64,000 bases of DNA from Phycisphaerales bacterium (GCA_965227775.1 OZ245777.1:1280001-1344000); one strand, 5' to 3'. Positions 48,980 to 58,987 are shown, counted from the first letter of the stretch. Notes: a model not told the origin generated them from the letters alone. Numbers and translations are program-made.

Positions 48980-49152
48980 CCGCCTGTTCAGCGGTCCCCG
49001 CCGCGTACCCCCGCGTGAGCGGCGGGCGGCGTTGACGCTCTCGGCCTCGGGGCCGGGGCCCTGTTAGGCCTTGCGGCCGGGTCGCGATCCTGGTATATTG
49101 GTTTTGGGCGGCCCGCCGGGCGGCCCGCACGCTCGTGGAGGAGCCCAACAAG

Positions 49153-50238
49153 ATGCCCAGCCGCTCGCCGTTCACCGTCGTGGCCGCATTGGCCGCGTTC
49201 CTGATCGTCGCCTCGGTGGCCGCATCGCCGGCGCTTGGCCAGCTCGGGCCCGCTGCGGAGCGGTTCGGCCCGGTCGCGGGCCACGGCCACGAGCCCTGCG
49301 CCACGCGGCTGAGCGAGGAAACCGGCCGGCGGCACGCCGAGCGCGAGCGCTTGGGCGTGCTCGAGGCGGCGCTCAAGGCCTTCCCGCCGCGCGACGACTC
49401 GCCCACGCGGGTTCGCGTCATCTTCCACATCGTGCGCGCCACCGATCGCACGGGCGGGGTCGATCCCGCGCTCATCCCCGCCGAGCTGGACAACATCAAC
49501 ATCGCGCTCAGCCCCCCGGGCCTGCGGTTCGAGCAGGAGGGGCCCATCCGTTTCATCGACAACGACCGCTTCTTCGACGCTCCCAGCCTGGACGACCTGG
49601 ACGTCATGCGCACCCGCCACAACGTGCCGGGCGCGGTCAACCTGTTTTATATCCCCGACGTGGTCTTCTTCTGCGGCTTCGCCAGCTTCTCGGGCGACCC
49701 GATCCAGGGCATTGTCATCAACGAGGGGTGCATCAACACGAGCACCACGCCGCACGAGGTCGGCCACTACTTCGACCTGTACCACACGCACGAGACGTTC
49801 TTCGGCCTGGAGTGCCCCGACGGCGGCAACTGCGCGACGGCGGGCGACCTGATCTGCGACACGCCCGCCGACCCCGACCTGCGCGGCGACGTGGGTCGCG
49901 GCTGCACGTACATCGGGACGCACACGCGCTGCCGGCGGTTCTTCCAGCCCGACATGCGCAACCTGATGAGCTACAGCGACACCGAGTGCCGCGACAACCT
50001 GACGCCCCAGCAGTACTTCCGCGTCGTGGCCGTGCTGCTGGGCGAACGCGCCGACCACATCATCACCCGCTGCCCGGCCGACCTAGACGGCGACGGCGCG
50101 CTAACGATCTTCGACTTCCTCGAGTTCCAGAACCTCTTCGACATGGGCGACCCGGCGGCCGACTTCGACGGCGATGGCAGCCTGACGATCTTCGACTTCC
50201 TTGCGTTCCAGAACGCATTCGACGCCGGGTGCCCGTAG
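49153..50238 (+). CDS. M43-like (pappalysin/ulilysin-type) zinc metalloprotease with C-terminal GC-type dockerin
   Basis: HEVGHYFDLYHTH, GDLICDTPAD and NLMSY (Met-turn); signal peptide; dockerin ending DAGCP. Confidence 0.88.
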   Translation: MPSRSPFTVVAALAAFLIVASVAASPALGQLGPAAERFGPVAGHGHEPCATRLSEETGRRHAERERLGVLEAALKAFPPRDDSPTRVRVIFHIVRATDRTGGVDPALIPAELDNINIALSPPGLRFEQEGPIRFIDNDRFFDAPSLDDLDVMRTRHNVPGAVNLFYIPDVVFFCGFASFSGDPIQGIVINEGCINTSTTPHEVGHYFDLYHTHETFFGLECPDGGNCATAGDLICDTPADPDLRGDVGRGCTYIGTHTRCRRFFQPDMRNLMSYSDTECRDNLTPQQYFRVVAVLLGERADHIITRCPADLDGDGALTIFDFLEFQNLFDMGDPAADFDGDGSLTIFDFLAFQNAFDAGCP

Positions 50239-50271
50239 GTCGCGCGGGCTCGGTCCATGCAATGATCACGC

Positions 50272-50793
50272 ATGGCCATCGACCATCGCACCCTTGGGCC
50301 GGGCGACCTCGGCGTGCTCCTGCGGGCGCCCGCGGGGTTGTTCGATCATCCGATCGACGAGGCACAAGCCCGGGCGTTCCTCGATGATCCGCGCCACGCC
50401 ATCATCGTCGCGGTCGATGGTGCAACCAGCGCGCCCATCGCGTTCGTGAGCGCGAACGGCTACCTCCATCCCGACAAGCCGCCGCAGGCGTGGATCAACG
50501 AGCTGTCGACGCTCGAGGCCCACCGCGGTCGCGGCATCGGCACCGAGCTCGTGCGGCGCATGCTCGCGCTGCTCGCCGAGCGCGGGTATGGCCAAGTGTG
50601 GCTGGCGACCGAGCACGACAACGTGGCGGCGCGGGCGGTGTACCAGAAGGTCATGCGGGAGCGCGGCGGCAGCGAGGACCCGGCGGTCGTGGTCTACGAG
50701 TATCCGTTGGCCTCCGCGCGTGCTCCGCTCGCCTCGGGCGATGTCTCGGGACCGCCTGCCGACAGCCCCGGGGCGCCCGGCGACGTAGGCTGA
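50272..50793 (+). CDS. GNAT family N-acetyltransferase
   Basis: WINEL..HRGRGIGTEL and WLATEHDNVAARAVYQK motifs. Confidence 0.88.
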   Translation: MAIDHRTLGPGDLGVLLRAPAGLFDHPIDEAQARAFLDDPRHAIIVAVDGATSAPIAFVSANGYLHPDKPPQAWINELSTLEAHRGRGIGTELVRRMLALLAERGYGQVWLATEHDNVAARAVYQKVMRERGGSEDPAVVVYEYPLASARAPLASGDVSGPPADSPGAPGDVG

Positions 50794-50796
50794 TCC

Positions 50797-53262
50797 ATGA
50801 CCCAGCCCCACGCCACGGAAGGCGCCATGACCGAGCCCAACGCCCAGCCCCACGACCCCTACGACCCGCACACCTACGGGGCGGGGCACGATGCCGATGT
50901 CGATGCCGACCCCAACACAGACCCGCTGCTGGCCGACCTTACCGAGAACCAGCGGAGGGCCGTGCTGGCGACCGAGGGGCCCGTGCTCGTGCTGGCGGCG
51001 GCGGGCAGCGGCAAGACGCGGGTCATCACGCGGCGCATCGGGCACCTCATCCGGCTGGGCGTGCCGGCGTGGTCGATCCTGGCGCTGACCTTCACCAACA
51101 AGGCCGCCGCCGAGATGCGCGAGCGCGTGGGCGTGCTGCTGGAGGGTGCCGAGCAGGGGCAGGCGGGGTACGACCCGAGGCGCACGCGCGGGCTGACCAT
51201 CGGCACGTTCCACAGCCTGTGCGCGCGGCTCCTCCGGCGATACGCCGACGACCCATCGCTCGAGTTCGTTAAGCCCGACTTCACGATCTACGACACGTCC
51301 GACCAGGTCGCGCTCATGAAGCGAACGATCAAGGACCTGGACCTCAACACGAGCAACTGGGCGCCCCGGAGTGTCTTGAACGCCATCAGCGGGGCCAAGA
51401 ACGAGCTGCAGGACGCCGACGCGTACGCCGCCAACGCGATGGACTTCTACAGCAAGCAGGTCGCGCGCATCTACTCGGCGTACCAGCAGGCGATGCGGGC
51501 GGCGGGGGCGGTGGACTTCGACGACCTGCTCCTGCTCACGGCGCGCTTGCTCAGGAAGAGCGACACGGCCCGGGCAGAGCTCCGCGAGCGCTGGCAGTAC
51601 CTGCTGATCGACGAGTACCAGGATACGAATCGCGCCCAGTTCGAGATCGCCGCGCTGCTCGCCGGCGAGGCCGGGGCCGACGGGCGAGGTGAGGCGGGCC
51701 CGAACTTCTGCGTCGTGGGCGACCCCGACCAGTCCATCTACGGCTGGCGCGGGGCCGACATCAGCAACATCCTGGAGTTCGAGCAGCAGTATCCGGCGTG
51801 CGAGGTCATCCCGCTCGGAGAGAACTTCCGCAGCACCGCGCCAATCCTGAAGGCCGCCGACACGCTGATCACCAAGAACGTCCGCCGCAAGCACAAGGAC
51901 CTGTTCACCAAGCGCGAGGGCGGCGACTCGGTGGAGGCCGTGCTATGCCAGGACGAGCGTCACGAGGCCGAGATGGTCGCCGATTGGCTCAAGGCCCGCG
52001 CCGAGGACGGGCTCGAGTGGCGCGACATGGCGATCTTCTATCGCACCAACGCGCTCAGCCGGGTGATGGAAGACGCGCTGCGATCGCACGCCGTGCCCTA
52101 CCGCATCGCCAGAGGCACCGCGTTCTATGACCGTGAAGAGGTCAAGAACGCCATCGCCTACCTGCGCGTCGTCGCGAACCCAGCGGACAACATCTCGCTG
52201 CTACGGGTCGTCAACACGCCCACGCGCGGCATCGGCAAGACGAGCCTGAACAAGCTCGACGCCGCGGCGAATATGGCCGGCGCGCCCTTGTTCGACATGC
52301 TCCGCGAGCCCGAGCGGCACGCCGAGGTGACCGCCCGCTCGGGCAAGAGCTGCCGCGAGTTCGTGCAGATGGTGGAGGGCTGGACCGGGCACGGCAGCTT
52401 CATGGGTGCCGAAGTCAGCGCGACGCTGGCCGACCTCGTGGCGCGCGTCATCGACGACTGCGGCCTGCGCACCATGTACGAGGCACGCGCCAAGTCGGGC
52501 GGCGAGGAAGACGAGAGTCGGCTGGACAACCTCGACCAGTTGATCACTGGTGCGGCCGAGTTCGAGCGCGAGTACGACCCCGCGGGCGACCCGTTCGCGT
52601 TTACCGACGCCGAGAGCGCCAGCCAGGGCAACGACGCCGAGACGCCGCCGCTGCTGGCGATGCTCCGCGCCTGGCTCGAGACCGTCGCGCTGGTGAGCGA
52701 CCAGGACGCCGTCGACGCCGCGGGTGGGGCCGTGACGCTCATGACGCTGCACGCCAGCAAGGGCCTGGAGTTCCCCGCCGTCGCGATGATCGGCCTCGAA
52801 GAAGGCACGCTTCCGCACAGCCGGGCCCGCGAGAGCGAGGCCGAACTCGAAGAGGAACGCCGCCTCGCGTTCGTCGGCATCACGCGCGCCATGAAGCGGC
52901 TGATCATCACCAGCGCCCGCGTGCGCGCCGTTCGCGGCGTGCCGGAGCGCACGATCCCCAGCCGATTCCTGAGCGAGATCGGCCAGGAAGGCGACGACCA
53001 CGTCCAGTTCAGCGATCGCGCGGATGACTTTGGCTACGACGGTGGTGGTGGAGGCGGCGCCGACTTCGACCCCTGGGGCGACGACGATGAGCCCAAGACC
53101 GCGGCGCTCAGGGTTGGCTCACGCGTCCGCCACCCGCAGTTCGGCGTGGGCAAGGTTCTGAGCTGTGGCACAGGCCCCGGTGCGCGGGCGCGCGTGGAGT
53201 TCACAGGCATTGGCGTAAAGACGCTGATCCTGGAGTATGCGCGGTTGACGCGGGTGGACTAG
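50797..53262 (+). CDS. pcrA: UvrD/PcrA family DNA helicase
   Basis: AAAGSGKTR, TFTNKAA, IDEYQDTN, VGDPDQSIY, ENFRS, TLHASKGLEF and EEERRLAFVGITRA motifs; C-terminal Tudor-like RVRHPQFGVG. Confidence 0.96.
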   Translation: MTQPHATEGAMTEPNAQPHDPYDPHTYGAGHDADVDADPNTDPLLADLTENQRRAVLATEGPVLVLAAAGSGKTRVITRRIGHLIRLGVPAWSILALTFTNKAAAEMRERVGVLLEGAEQGQAGYDPRRTRGLTIGTFHSLCARLLRRYADDPSLEFVKPDFTIYDTSDQVALMKRTIKDLDLNTSNWAPRSVLNAISGAKNELQDADAYAANAMDFYSKQVARIYSAYQQAMRAAGAVDFDDLLLLTARLLRKSDTARAELRERWQYLLIDEYQDTNRAQFEIAALLAGEAGADGRGEAGPNFCVVGDPDQSIYGWRGADISNILEFEQQYPACEVIPLGENFRSTAPILKAADTLITKNVRRKHKDLFTKREGGDSVEAVLCQDERHEAEMVADWLKARAEDGLEWRDMAIFYRTNALSRVMEDALRSHAVPYRIARGTAFYDREEVKNAIAYLRVVANPADNISLLRVVNTPTRGIGKTSLNKLDAAANMAGAPLFDMLREPERHAEVTARSGKSCREFVQMVEGWTGHGSFMGAEVSATLADLVARVIDDCGLRTMYEARAKSGGEEDESRLDNLDQLITGAAEFEREYDPAGDPFAFTDAESASQGNDAETPPLLAMLRAWLETVALVSDQDAVDAAGGAVTLMTLHASKGLEFPAVAMIGLEEGTLPHSRARESEAELEEERRLAFVGITRAMKRLIITSARVRAVRGVPERTIPSRFLSEIGQEGDDHVQFSDRADDFGYDGGGGGGADFDPWGDDDEPKTAALRVGSRVRHPQFGVGKVLSCGTGPGARARVEFTGIGVKTLILEYARLTRVD

Positions 53263-54269
53263 ACCATCGCCCGCAACGTACTCGGACTCTCCGCCTGCCC
53301 CGTCCTCGCACTCAGTAACACCGCCGCCGCCATCGGGCCCAAGTGCTGCGCATCGAGCGGGGGCGTCGCCCGGCCGTCCAGCAAAGGCGACATGAAACCC
53401 ACCAGCGCGTCGATCGCGGCACGATCGTGGTCAGTGGTCTTCGATCGCGCCCGGCGTTCGGTGCTGTCGATGATCTTGCCCGCCGGATCGATCCAGCGGT
53501 GGCCGTCGTCGCCAAGTTCGAGCCTGCCGGCCTCGCCCAGCAGCGTCGCGCGCCGTTGCCAGCCGCCGGCTCGGTCGCTCAGCATGATTGCCGCCGAACT
53601 GCCGTTGTCGAAGCGTGCATGGGCGGTCAGGTCGCCGGTCAGCGAGCCGAGCGAGAGGTTCGCGCTCGGCTTGGTCGGGCCGTTCAGCGCCGCCTCGACA
53701 CGCTCTGCCTCGCCCAGCATGCCAACGAGGAGGTCGAGCGCATCAACCAGTAGCGCACCCGTTGCGCCTTGGCCGGCCATCGTCGGGTCTCGGAATCCCG
53801 CAAAGAGCGCGCTACGGACCTCGCCGAACGCGACCAGCGTCTCCTGCGCCTCTTGCACCGCCGGGCTGTGGCGCAGCAGCGGACCAAAGCGCATTGCCTC
53901 GGTCGGCACGCGGCCCTGCATCGGCGCGTGCCATGCCTCGGCGGCGTCGCTGGGCGGCATGGGCAGCGGCGACAGCGTCGCGATGCGCCGGCCCTCGGCG
54001 GCGGCTCGCGCGACGGCCTGGGGCAGCGTCTCGCCGTAGCCGTCGCACGCGGTGGCGAGCACGACGGCCTTCGCGTCCGTGTTGAGCAGATCGAGCAGAT
54101 CGCCGGCGAAGGTTGCGCCAAGGTCGTCGGCGAGCGTTGTGCCGTGGGCGCGCACGGGCGAGGCGGCTGCAACAATCGACACGCCGAGTTCTTCGGCGAT
54201 CGCACGCAACAGCGGCGCTTGCTCCGGCGTGGCCCAGATGGCCAATGACTTGGCGGGCGTCGAGTCCAA
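53259..54269 (-). CDS. Divergent Gfo/Idh/MocA oxidoreductase-like protein
   Basis: ATFAGDLLDLL..DAKAVVLAT, LVDALDLL..LGE.ERV and ARFDNG segments. TTG start after GGAG; the ORF-track extension overlaps rnpB. Confidence 0.6.
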   Translation of the reverse strand: MDSTPAKSLAIWATPEQAPLLRAIAEELGVSIVAAASPVRAHGTTLADDLGATFAGDLLDLLNTDAKAVVLATACDGYGETLPQAVARAAAEGRRIATLSPLPMPPSDAAEAWHAPMQGRVPTEAMRFGPLLRHSPAVQEAQETLVAFGEVRSALFAGFRDPTMAGQGATGALLVDALDLLVGMLGEAERVEAALNGPTKPSANLSLGSLTGDLTAHARFDNGSSAAIMLSDRAGGWQRRATLLGEAGRLELGDDGHRWIDPAGKIIDSTERRARSKTTDHDRAAIDALVGFMSPLLDGRATPPLDAQHLGPMAAAVLLSARTGQAESPSTLRAMV

Positions 54270-54311
54270 GGTGGCTGCTCCGTCGGTACGCGTATGATAG
54301 GAGGTATGAGT

Positions 54312-54757
54312 GGTGCGGCCGGACGGTCGCGGGTGTTGGGAGCAATCTTGACACTCGAGGAAAGTCCGAGCACGGCAGGGCAACGGTGGTGGGTAACGCC
54401 CACCCGTCGGATCTCGATGAGGTCGCGAGCCGGCGAGGGACAGTGCCACAGAAAACACACCGCCGATGGCGCCGCTCGCGGCGCACAGGTAAGGTTGAAA
54501 TGGTGCGGTAAGAGCGCACCGCCCGATTGGTGACAGTCGGGGCACGGCAAACCCCACCGCGTGCAAGGTCACGCAGCCGTCGCGATGGTCGAGTGATCGG
54601 TCATCGACGCCCGGCCCGGGCGGCAGGCGGCGGGTAGACCGCTGGAACTTCGGTTCCGATCACGCCGGCAACGGCGTGGCCAGAGAAATGGCCGTCGCCC
54701 AACCCGGAGGGCCGTTCGCGCCGGGATGGGTACAGAACTCGGCTTACAGGCCGCACG
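54312..54757 (+). ncRNA. rnpB: RNase P RNA (bacterial type A)
   Basis: GAGGAAAGTCC, AGTGCCACAGAAA, GGTAAGAGCGCAC, GGCAAACCCCAC and ACAGAACTCGGCTTA conserved blocks; P1 GTGCGGCC/GGCCGCAC; TATGAT upstream. Confidence 0.97.
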
Positions 54758-54766
54758 CGACCACAT

Positions 54767-54796
54767 GACGGCCCCGGGGGAGACCTCGGGGCCGTC
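54767..54796 (+). terminator. rnpB terminator hairpin
   Basis: GACGGCCCCGGGG-GAGA-CCTCGGGGCCGTC followed by GCCTTTCTT. Confidence 0.8.
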
Positions 54797-54832
54797 GCCT
54801 TTCTTGACCAAACGGTTAGCATCTTTACGGCC

Positions 54833-55258
54833 ATGCCACATCCACGGAGACCCATCTCGCGCCGGCAGCGATTCCACCGGGAGTGGGCGATCGTGTTCTG
54901 CGTCTTTTGGTTCACGATTCTCGGAATCGCGTTTGCGGCGACCCTGCAGCCGATGATCGGGACGAACAACTTTGTCAAGCTCGACTTCCCGCTCGCGAAT
55001 CCGTGCTTTGCTGTTGTGTTGATCGCGCTCGTGATGTACGTCGTGGTGATCTCGCTGCGATGGAGGCGGCTCTGTCGATATGCCGCTTCTCGTAATGGCT
55101 TGATTTGTCCATCGTGCTTGTACTCGCTACGCGGCTTGGCTGCATCAAACCCGGATTCCACGCCCGAGATACACTGCCCTGAGTGCGGGTTCACCACGAC
55201 TCGACGGGCGATGATCGAACACTGGGATCTGGTGCCGCCTGCGCATCCAGCGGATTGA
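54833..55258 (+). CDS. Hypothetical 2-TM membrane protein with C-terminal zinc ribbon
   Basis: Two hydrophobic helices, then CPSCLYSLRGL...CPECG; lower GC than the flanks. Confidence 0.7.
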   Translation: MPHPRRPISRRQRFHREWAIVFCVFWFTILGIAFAATLQPMIGTNNFVKLDFPLANPCFAVVLIALVMYVVVISLRWRRLCRYAASRNGLICPSCLYSLRGLAASNPDSTPEIHCPECGFTTTRRAMIEHWDLVPPAHPAD

Positions 55259-55298
55259 CGCTGGAACGGAATTCAGCGGCCTCTCCTATCATGCTTCG

Positions 55299-56750
55299 AT
55301 GAAGTCACCAGACCCCATCCTCCTCATCGGCGCCGGCCTCGCCGGCTCGCTACTCGCCGTCCTGCTCGCCAGGCAGGGCTTCCCGGTCGTCGTCGCCGAG
55401 CGGCGGGGCGATCCGAGAGCCAAGGGCTACGTTGGCGGGCGGTCCATCAACCTCGCCCTGTCCATCCGCGGCATCACAGCGCTCAAGGCCGCGGGTATCG
55501 CAGACCAGGTGCTGGCCGACGCGCTGCCGATGCCCGGCCGCATCATGCATCCCGAGTCGCTCACCGACGCCACGGGCAAGGGCACGATCTACCAGCCCTA
55601 CAGCCAGGACCCTGCCGACGCGATCCTCAGTGTCTCTCGGGGGGGGCTGAACATCGCGCTGCTCGATGCCGCCGAGCAAACGCCCGGCGTCGAGATCCGA
55701 TTCGACCATCGCTGCACGCACGTCGACCTTGACAGCGCCAGCGCGACCTTCGATACGCCCGATGGCGAAGTCACGCTGCAGGGCCGTGTGCTCATCGGTG
55801 CTGATGGGGCGTTCAGCGCCGTCAGGCACGCGATGCAGATGACCGACCGATTCGACTACTCGCAAAGCTACCTCGAAGCAGGCTACAAGGAACTGCACAT
55901 TCCGGCGCCGCAGGACCTGCCAGATCTGCCCGCCGGCGTGGCGGACGAGTTCGGTGGGTACGCGATGGATCCCAAGGGTCTGCACATATGGGCCGGCCGA
56001 GGCGGCGGCGCGTCGATGATGATCGCCCTGCCCAACCCCGACAAGTCGTTCACGTGCACGTTATTCTGGCCGTACGCCGGCACGCACGGGTTCGATGCCG
56101 TCGAGCCGCTGAGCGACCGTGCTCTTCGCACGTTCTTCGACGAGCACTATCCCGACACGCGATGGCTCATGCCCACGCTCGTCGAGGACTTCCGTGCAAA
56201 CCCAACGAGCAGCCTCGTTACGGTGCGCTGCCGGCCGTGGCGGCGGGGTAAGAGTCTCATTCTGGGAGACGCGGCCCATGCCATCGTTCCGTTCTTTGGC
56301 CAGGGCATGAACGCGGCGTTCGAGGACTGCCGCGTGCTCGCCGAGATGATCGAGCAGTCGGGCGGCGACATCGAGGGTGTGATGGATCCCTTCTGGCAGG
56401 CCCGCGTCGCCAACGCCAACGCCATCGCCGACATGGCCATCGCAAACTTCAGCGAGATGCGCGAGAAGGTTGCGGATGAAGCGTTCTTGTACCACAAGAA
56501 GGTCGAGCAGGCCGTGCACGCCGAGCTGGGCGACGAAATGCCCGAGCGCGCCACGCCGCTGTACAACCTTGTGAGCTTCACGAACGTGCCCTACGCCGAT
56601 GCGCTGCGACGCGGCCGCCAGCTCGACGACACGATCGCCCGCATCGCCTCGCTCGTGCCAAGCAAGCGGGCGGACGAACTCGACCCGGCGGCGTGGCGCG
56701 AGCTGGTCGCTGATCATGCTCGGCGCGTGCTCGGCGGGCAACCGGTCTGA
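55299..56750 (+). CDS. kmo: Kynurenine 3-monooxygenase (FAD-dependent)
   Basis: GAGLAG, GRSINLALS, GADGAFSAVR, YKEL, MMIALPN and GDAAHAIVPFFGQGMNAAFED motifs. Confidence 0.9.
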   Translation: MKSPDPILLIGAGLAGSLLAVLLARQGFPVVVAERRGDPRAKGYVGGRSINLALSIRGITALKAAGIADQVLADALPMPGRIMHPESLTDATGKGTIYQPYSQDPADAILSVSRGGLNIALLDAAEQTPGVEIRFDHRCTHVDLDSASATFDTPDGEVTLQGRVLIGADGAFSAVRHAMQMTDRFDYSQSYLEAGYKELHIPAPQDLPDLPAGVADEFGGYAMDPKGLHIWAGRGGGASMMIALPNPDKSFTCTLFWPYAGTHGFDAVEPLSDRALRTFFDEHYPDTRWLMPTLVEDFRANPTSSLVTVRCRPWRRGKSLILGDAAHAIVPFFGQGMNAAFEDCRVLAEMIEQSGGDIEGVMDPFWQARVANANAIADMAIANFSEMREKVADEAFLYHKKVEQAVHAELGDEMPERATPLYNLVSFTNVPYADALRRGRQLDDTIARIASLVPSKRADELDPAAWRELVADHARRVLGGQPV

Positions 56751-56783
56751 CAGGGAGATCGAGCCTCACTCGAAAGGGGAACC

Positions 56784-57533
56784 ATGCGTGCATACTTGAG
56801 CGTCGTGCCCATTGCTGCCGCGGTGCTGTTTGGCGGCTGTGGCGAGCAAACGCCGGCCGTTGTCGCGCAGGCCGATCCACCGGTGTCGGGAAGTGCGGGC
56901 GAGGAGTACATGTCCTTGCACGCGGCCCTGGGGAAGCCCTTTCTTGATCGGGTAGCGATGGTCGAGGGCCCACCGAGCGACTCGCTCGTGCAGGAACTCG
57001 ACGCCAACAAAGACCTCATCGACCGTCTCGCGTACGCCACGCGCATGGACGAGTGCGACTGGGGCTTGCCCGATGACTTTGGCATGGACACGCTGCTGCC
57101 GCACCTAAGCAAGGTGCGATCACTGGCGCGGGTGCTGAACGTCGACGCCCGCAGGCTCGCGGCATCGGGGGATGGCGACGCCGCCTCACGTCGTGTGGCG
57201 GGCATAGTTCGATTGGCGAACCACACGGCGGAAGAGGGAGCGCAGTCGATCATCGAGTGGGCCGTGGCGATCGCGCTCTTGGGCCTCGCGGCGGATGCCG
57301 CTGTCTATTGCGCAACCGACTTCGACGCTCAGCAGCGGGGCCGCGTGCAGGCCGAGCTTGAGTCTGTTGATCTGGATGATCCCTACAGCTTGGACGCACG
57401 GCTGCAGCAAGATCGTGAGATGTCCGCTGCCGCCGGCGTGGACTCCGCCGACGAGCAGCAAATGCGTGACGCGTTTGCTCGAGTGCGACAGGATGTCGAG
57501 CGGGCGATCGAGGCCCTCAAGAGCGGGTCGTAG
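56784..57533 (+). CDS. Hypothetical lipoprotein
   Basis: LFGGC lipobox; helical body (CDWG..LLPHLSKVRSLARVL). Confidence 0.7.
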   Translation: MRAYLSVVPIAAAVLFGGCGEQTPAVVAQADPPVSGSAGEEYMSLHAALGKPFLDRVAMVEGPPSDSLVQELDANKDLIDRLAYATRMDECDWGLPDDFGMDTLLPHLSKVRSLARVLNVDARRLAASGDGDAASRRVAGIVRLANHTAEEGAQSIIEWAVAIALLGLAADAAVYCATDFDAQQRGRVQAELESVDLDDPYSLDARLQQDREMSAAAGVDSADEQQMRDAFARVRQDVERAIEALKSGS

Positions 57534-57550
57534 GCGGCGCGCTCCACCGC

Positions 57551-58465
57551 ATGCTCCTCGTTGACACATCCAACGTTCTCCACGTTACCGGCGTGCTGCC
57601 GCAGCACCTGATGGGTGACGGCGCGGGTCTCGACCTGCAGGGCCTTGCGCGTCTGATCTCGACGAGCCGGTATGGCAAGCGTCGGGCGGTGCTGGTCAGC
57701 GACGGCGTGGGACCCAGCCGCGCGAACGAGCCCGCGCTCGCAGCGGCGGCCGGAGTTCCCGAATCTACCAACACCGCGCCCTCGGGCCGCGAGATCGCCG
57801 GCCTCGACGTGGTGTACGCCGGGGCGAACCAGGAGGCCGACGACGTTATCGAGCTGTTGCTGGCCAGGGACACGGCGCCGCGCAGGATCTTGGTGGTGTC
57901 GACCGATCGCCGGCTCGTGCTCGCGGCTCGGCGTCGGCGCGCCCAGAGCATCACCAGCGAGGCGTTCCTCCAGCACCTTGCGAGCGATGCGGGCAAGCCC
58001 AGGGCGAAGCCACTGCCCGGTTACGCCACCCAGGTGCCGCTCAACGAGTACGCGGTCGGTTACTGGATGTCGCTGTTCGGCTACGGCTCGATGGCCCAAG
58101 ACGCTCCGCCGGGTGAGCGGCCCGTGTCAGACGTGTCTCGCGCGGCGCAGCGCGGCCTCGACGAGGAACGCCAGCGCGAGCAGGCCCGCAAGCGCGCCAG
58201 CAGCCCGCACGCCCACGAGCGGCTGAAGATCCCCAAGGACCTGCTGGGAGCCAACGGCAAGCCGAGCCCATCCAGCGACGCCCCGCCGCTACCACCGAAG
58301 CCGCGCCCCGAATCGCAATCTCCGCCACCTCCGCCGCCGCCTGCTGATGATGAACTGCCAGCCGACGTGAAGGACTTGCTCAAAGATTCCGGCCTGTCCA
58401 TCGACCCGGCCGATCTGGACATGAACCGATGGCTGCCAAAGAGAGACACACCACCACCCCCCTGA
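57551..58465 (+). CDS. NYN/YacP-like PIN-fold nuclease domain protein with Pro-rich tail
   Basis: LLVDTSNVL, SDG, EADDVI and VVSTDRRL acidic motifs. Confidence 0.75.
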   Translation: MLLVDTSNVLHVTGVLPQHLMGDGAGLDLQGLARLISTSRYGKRRAVLVSDGVGPSRANEPALAAAAGVPESTNTAPSGREIAGLDVVYAGANQEADDVIELLLARDTAPRRILVVSTDRRLVLAARRRRAQSITSEAFLQHLASDAGKPRAKPLPGYATQVPLNEYAVGYWMSLFGYGSMAQDAPPGERPVSDVSRAAQRGLDEERQREQARKRASSPHAHERLKIPKDLLGANGKPSPSSDAPPLPPKPRPESQSPPPPPPPADDELPADVKDLLKDSGLSIDPADLDMNRWLPKRDTPPPP

Positions 58466-58854
58466 TCGCGCTGTTCTTTGCTGCGATGTTCGCGTGCGGC
58501 TGCCAGACCTCTGAGCGGTACCAGGGCGAGACCCGCATTGTCGCGACCTGGCAGGGCCGGACGCTCTCGGCGGAAGTGCCCGACTCCGTCGGTGTGCCGG
58601 GGGCTCACTACGCCGCGGTCGAAGCCTTGCAGATGCGCGGCTACGCGGTGGTGGCCGACGAGGCGACCGCCGATCGTGGCTACCTCGCCGCCCGAGGGCC
58701 CGATGGCACCGTGATTGGCGGCTACCGGCGGGTGATCGTCCGGACCGCGCTCACGCCTGCGGCGGTGGGGGTCAAGATCACCCTCGAGCCGGCCGGTGAC
58801 GAGGTCGCGGCCCGAGCCATCCTCGACGATGTCCTCCGGCGGCTGGGGCTCTAA
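58429..58854 (+). CDS. Hypothetical lipoprotein
   Basis: Hydrophobic signal with ACGC lipobox; small alpha/beta body. Confidence 0.6.
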   Translation: MAAKERHTTTPLIALFFAAMFACGCQTSERYQGETRIVATWQGRTLSAEVPDSVGVPGAHYAAVEALQMRGYAVVADEATADRGYLAARGPDGTVIGGYRRVIVRTALTPAAVGVKITLEPAGDEVAARAILDDVLRRLGL

Positions 58855-58987
58855 CGGACTCGCCTTTGCAAGTTCTGTGCTCGCAGGGCGTTAGGCGATC
58901 ACGGGCAGCATTCGCACAGGGCTGGCAGGGGCAGCGGCTGGTTGACTTGCAGCCCCCGAACGGCTTGGATTGATCGAGAGGACCGCT

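Noticed and set aside
48542..49018. 158-aa plus-strand ORF (and minus-strand 48630..49640) spanning the repeat
   Set aside because: The open frames arise from the stop-free 21-bp repeat, variation is non-synonymous, and the minus ORF mostly shadows the M43 protease.
54270..54572. N-terminal extension of ORF 53259..54572
   Set aside because: It is antisense to RNase P RNA; the real start is more plausibly TTG at 54269.
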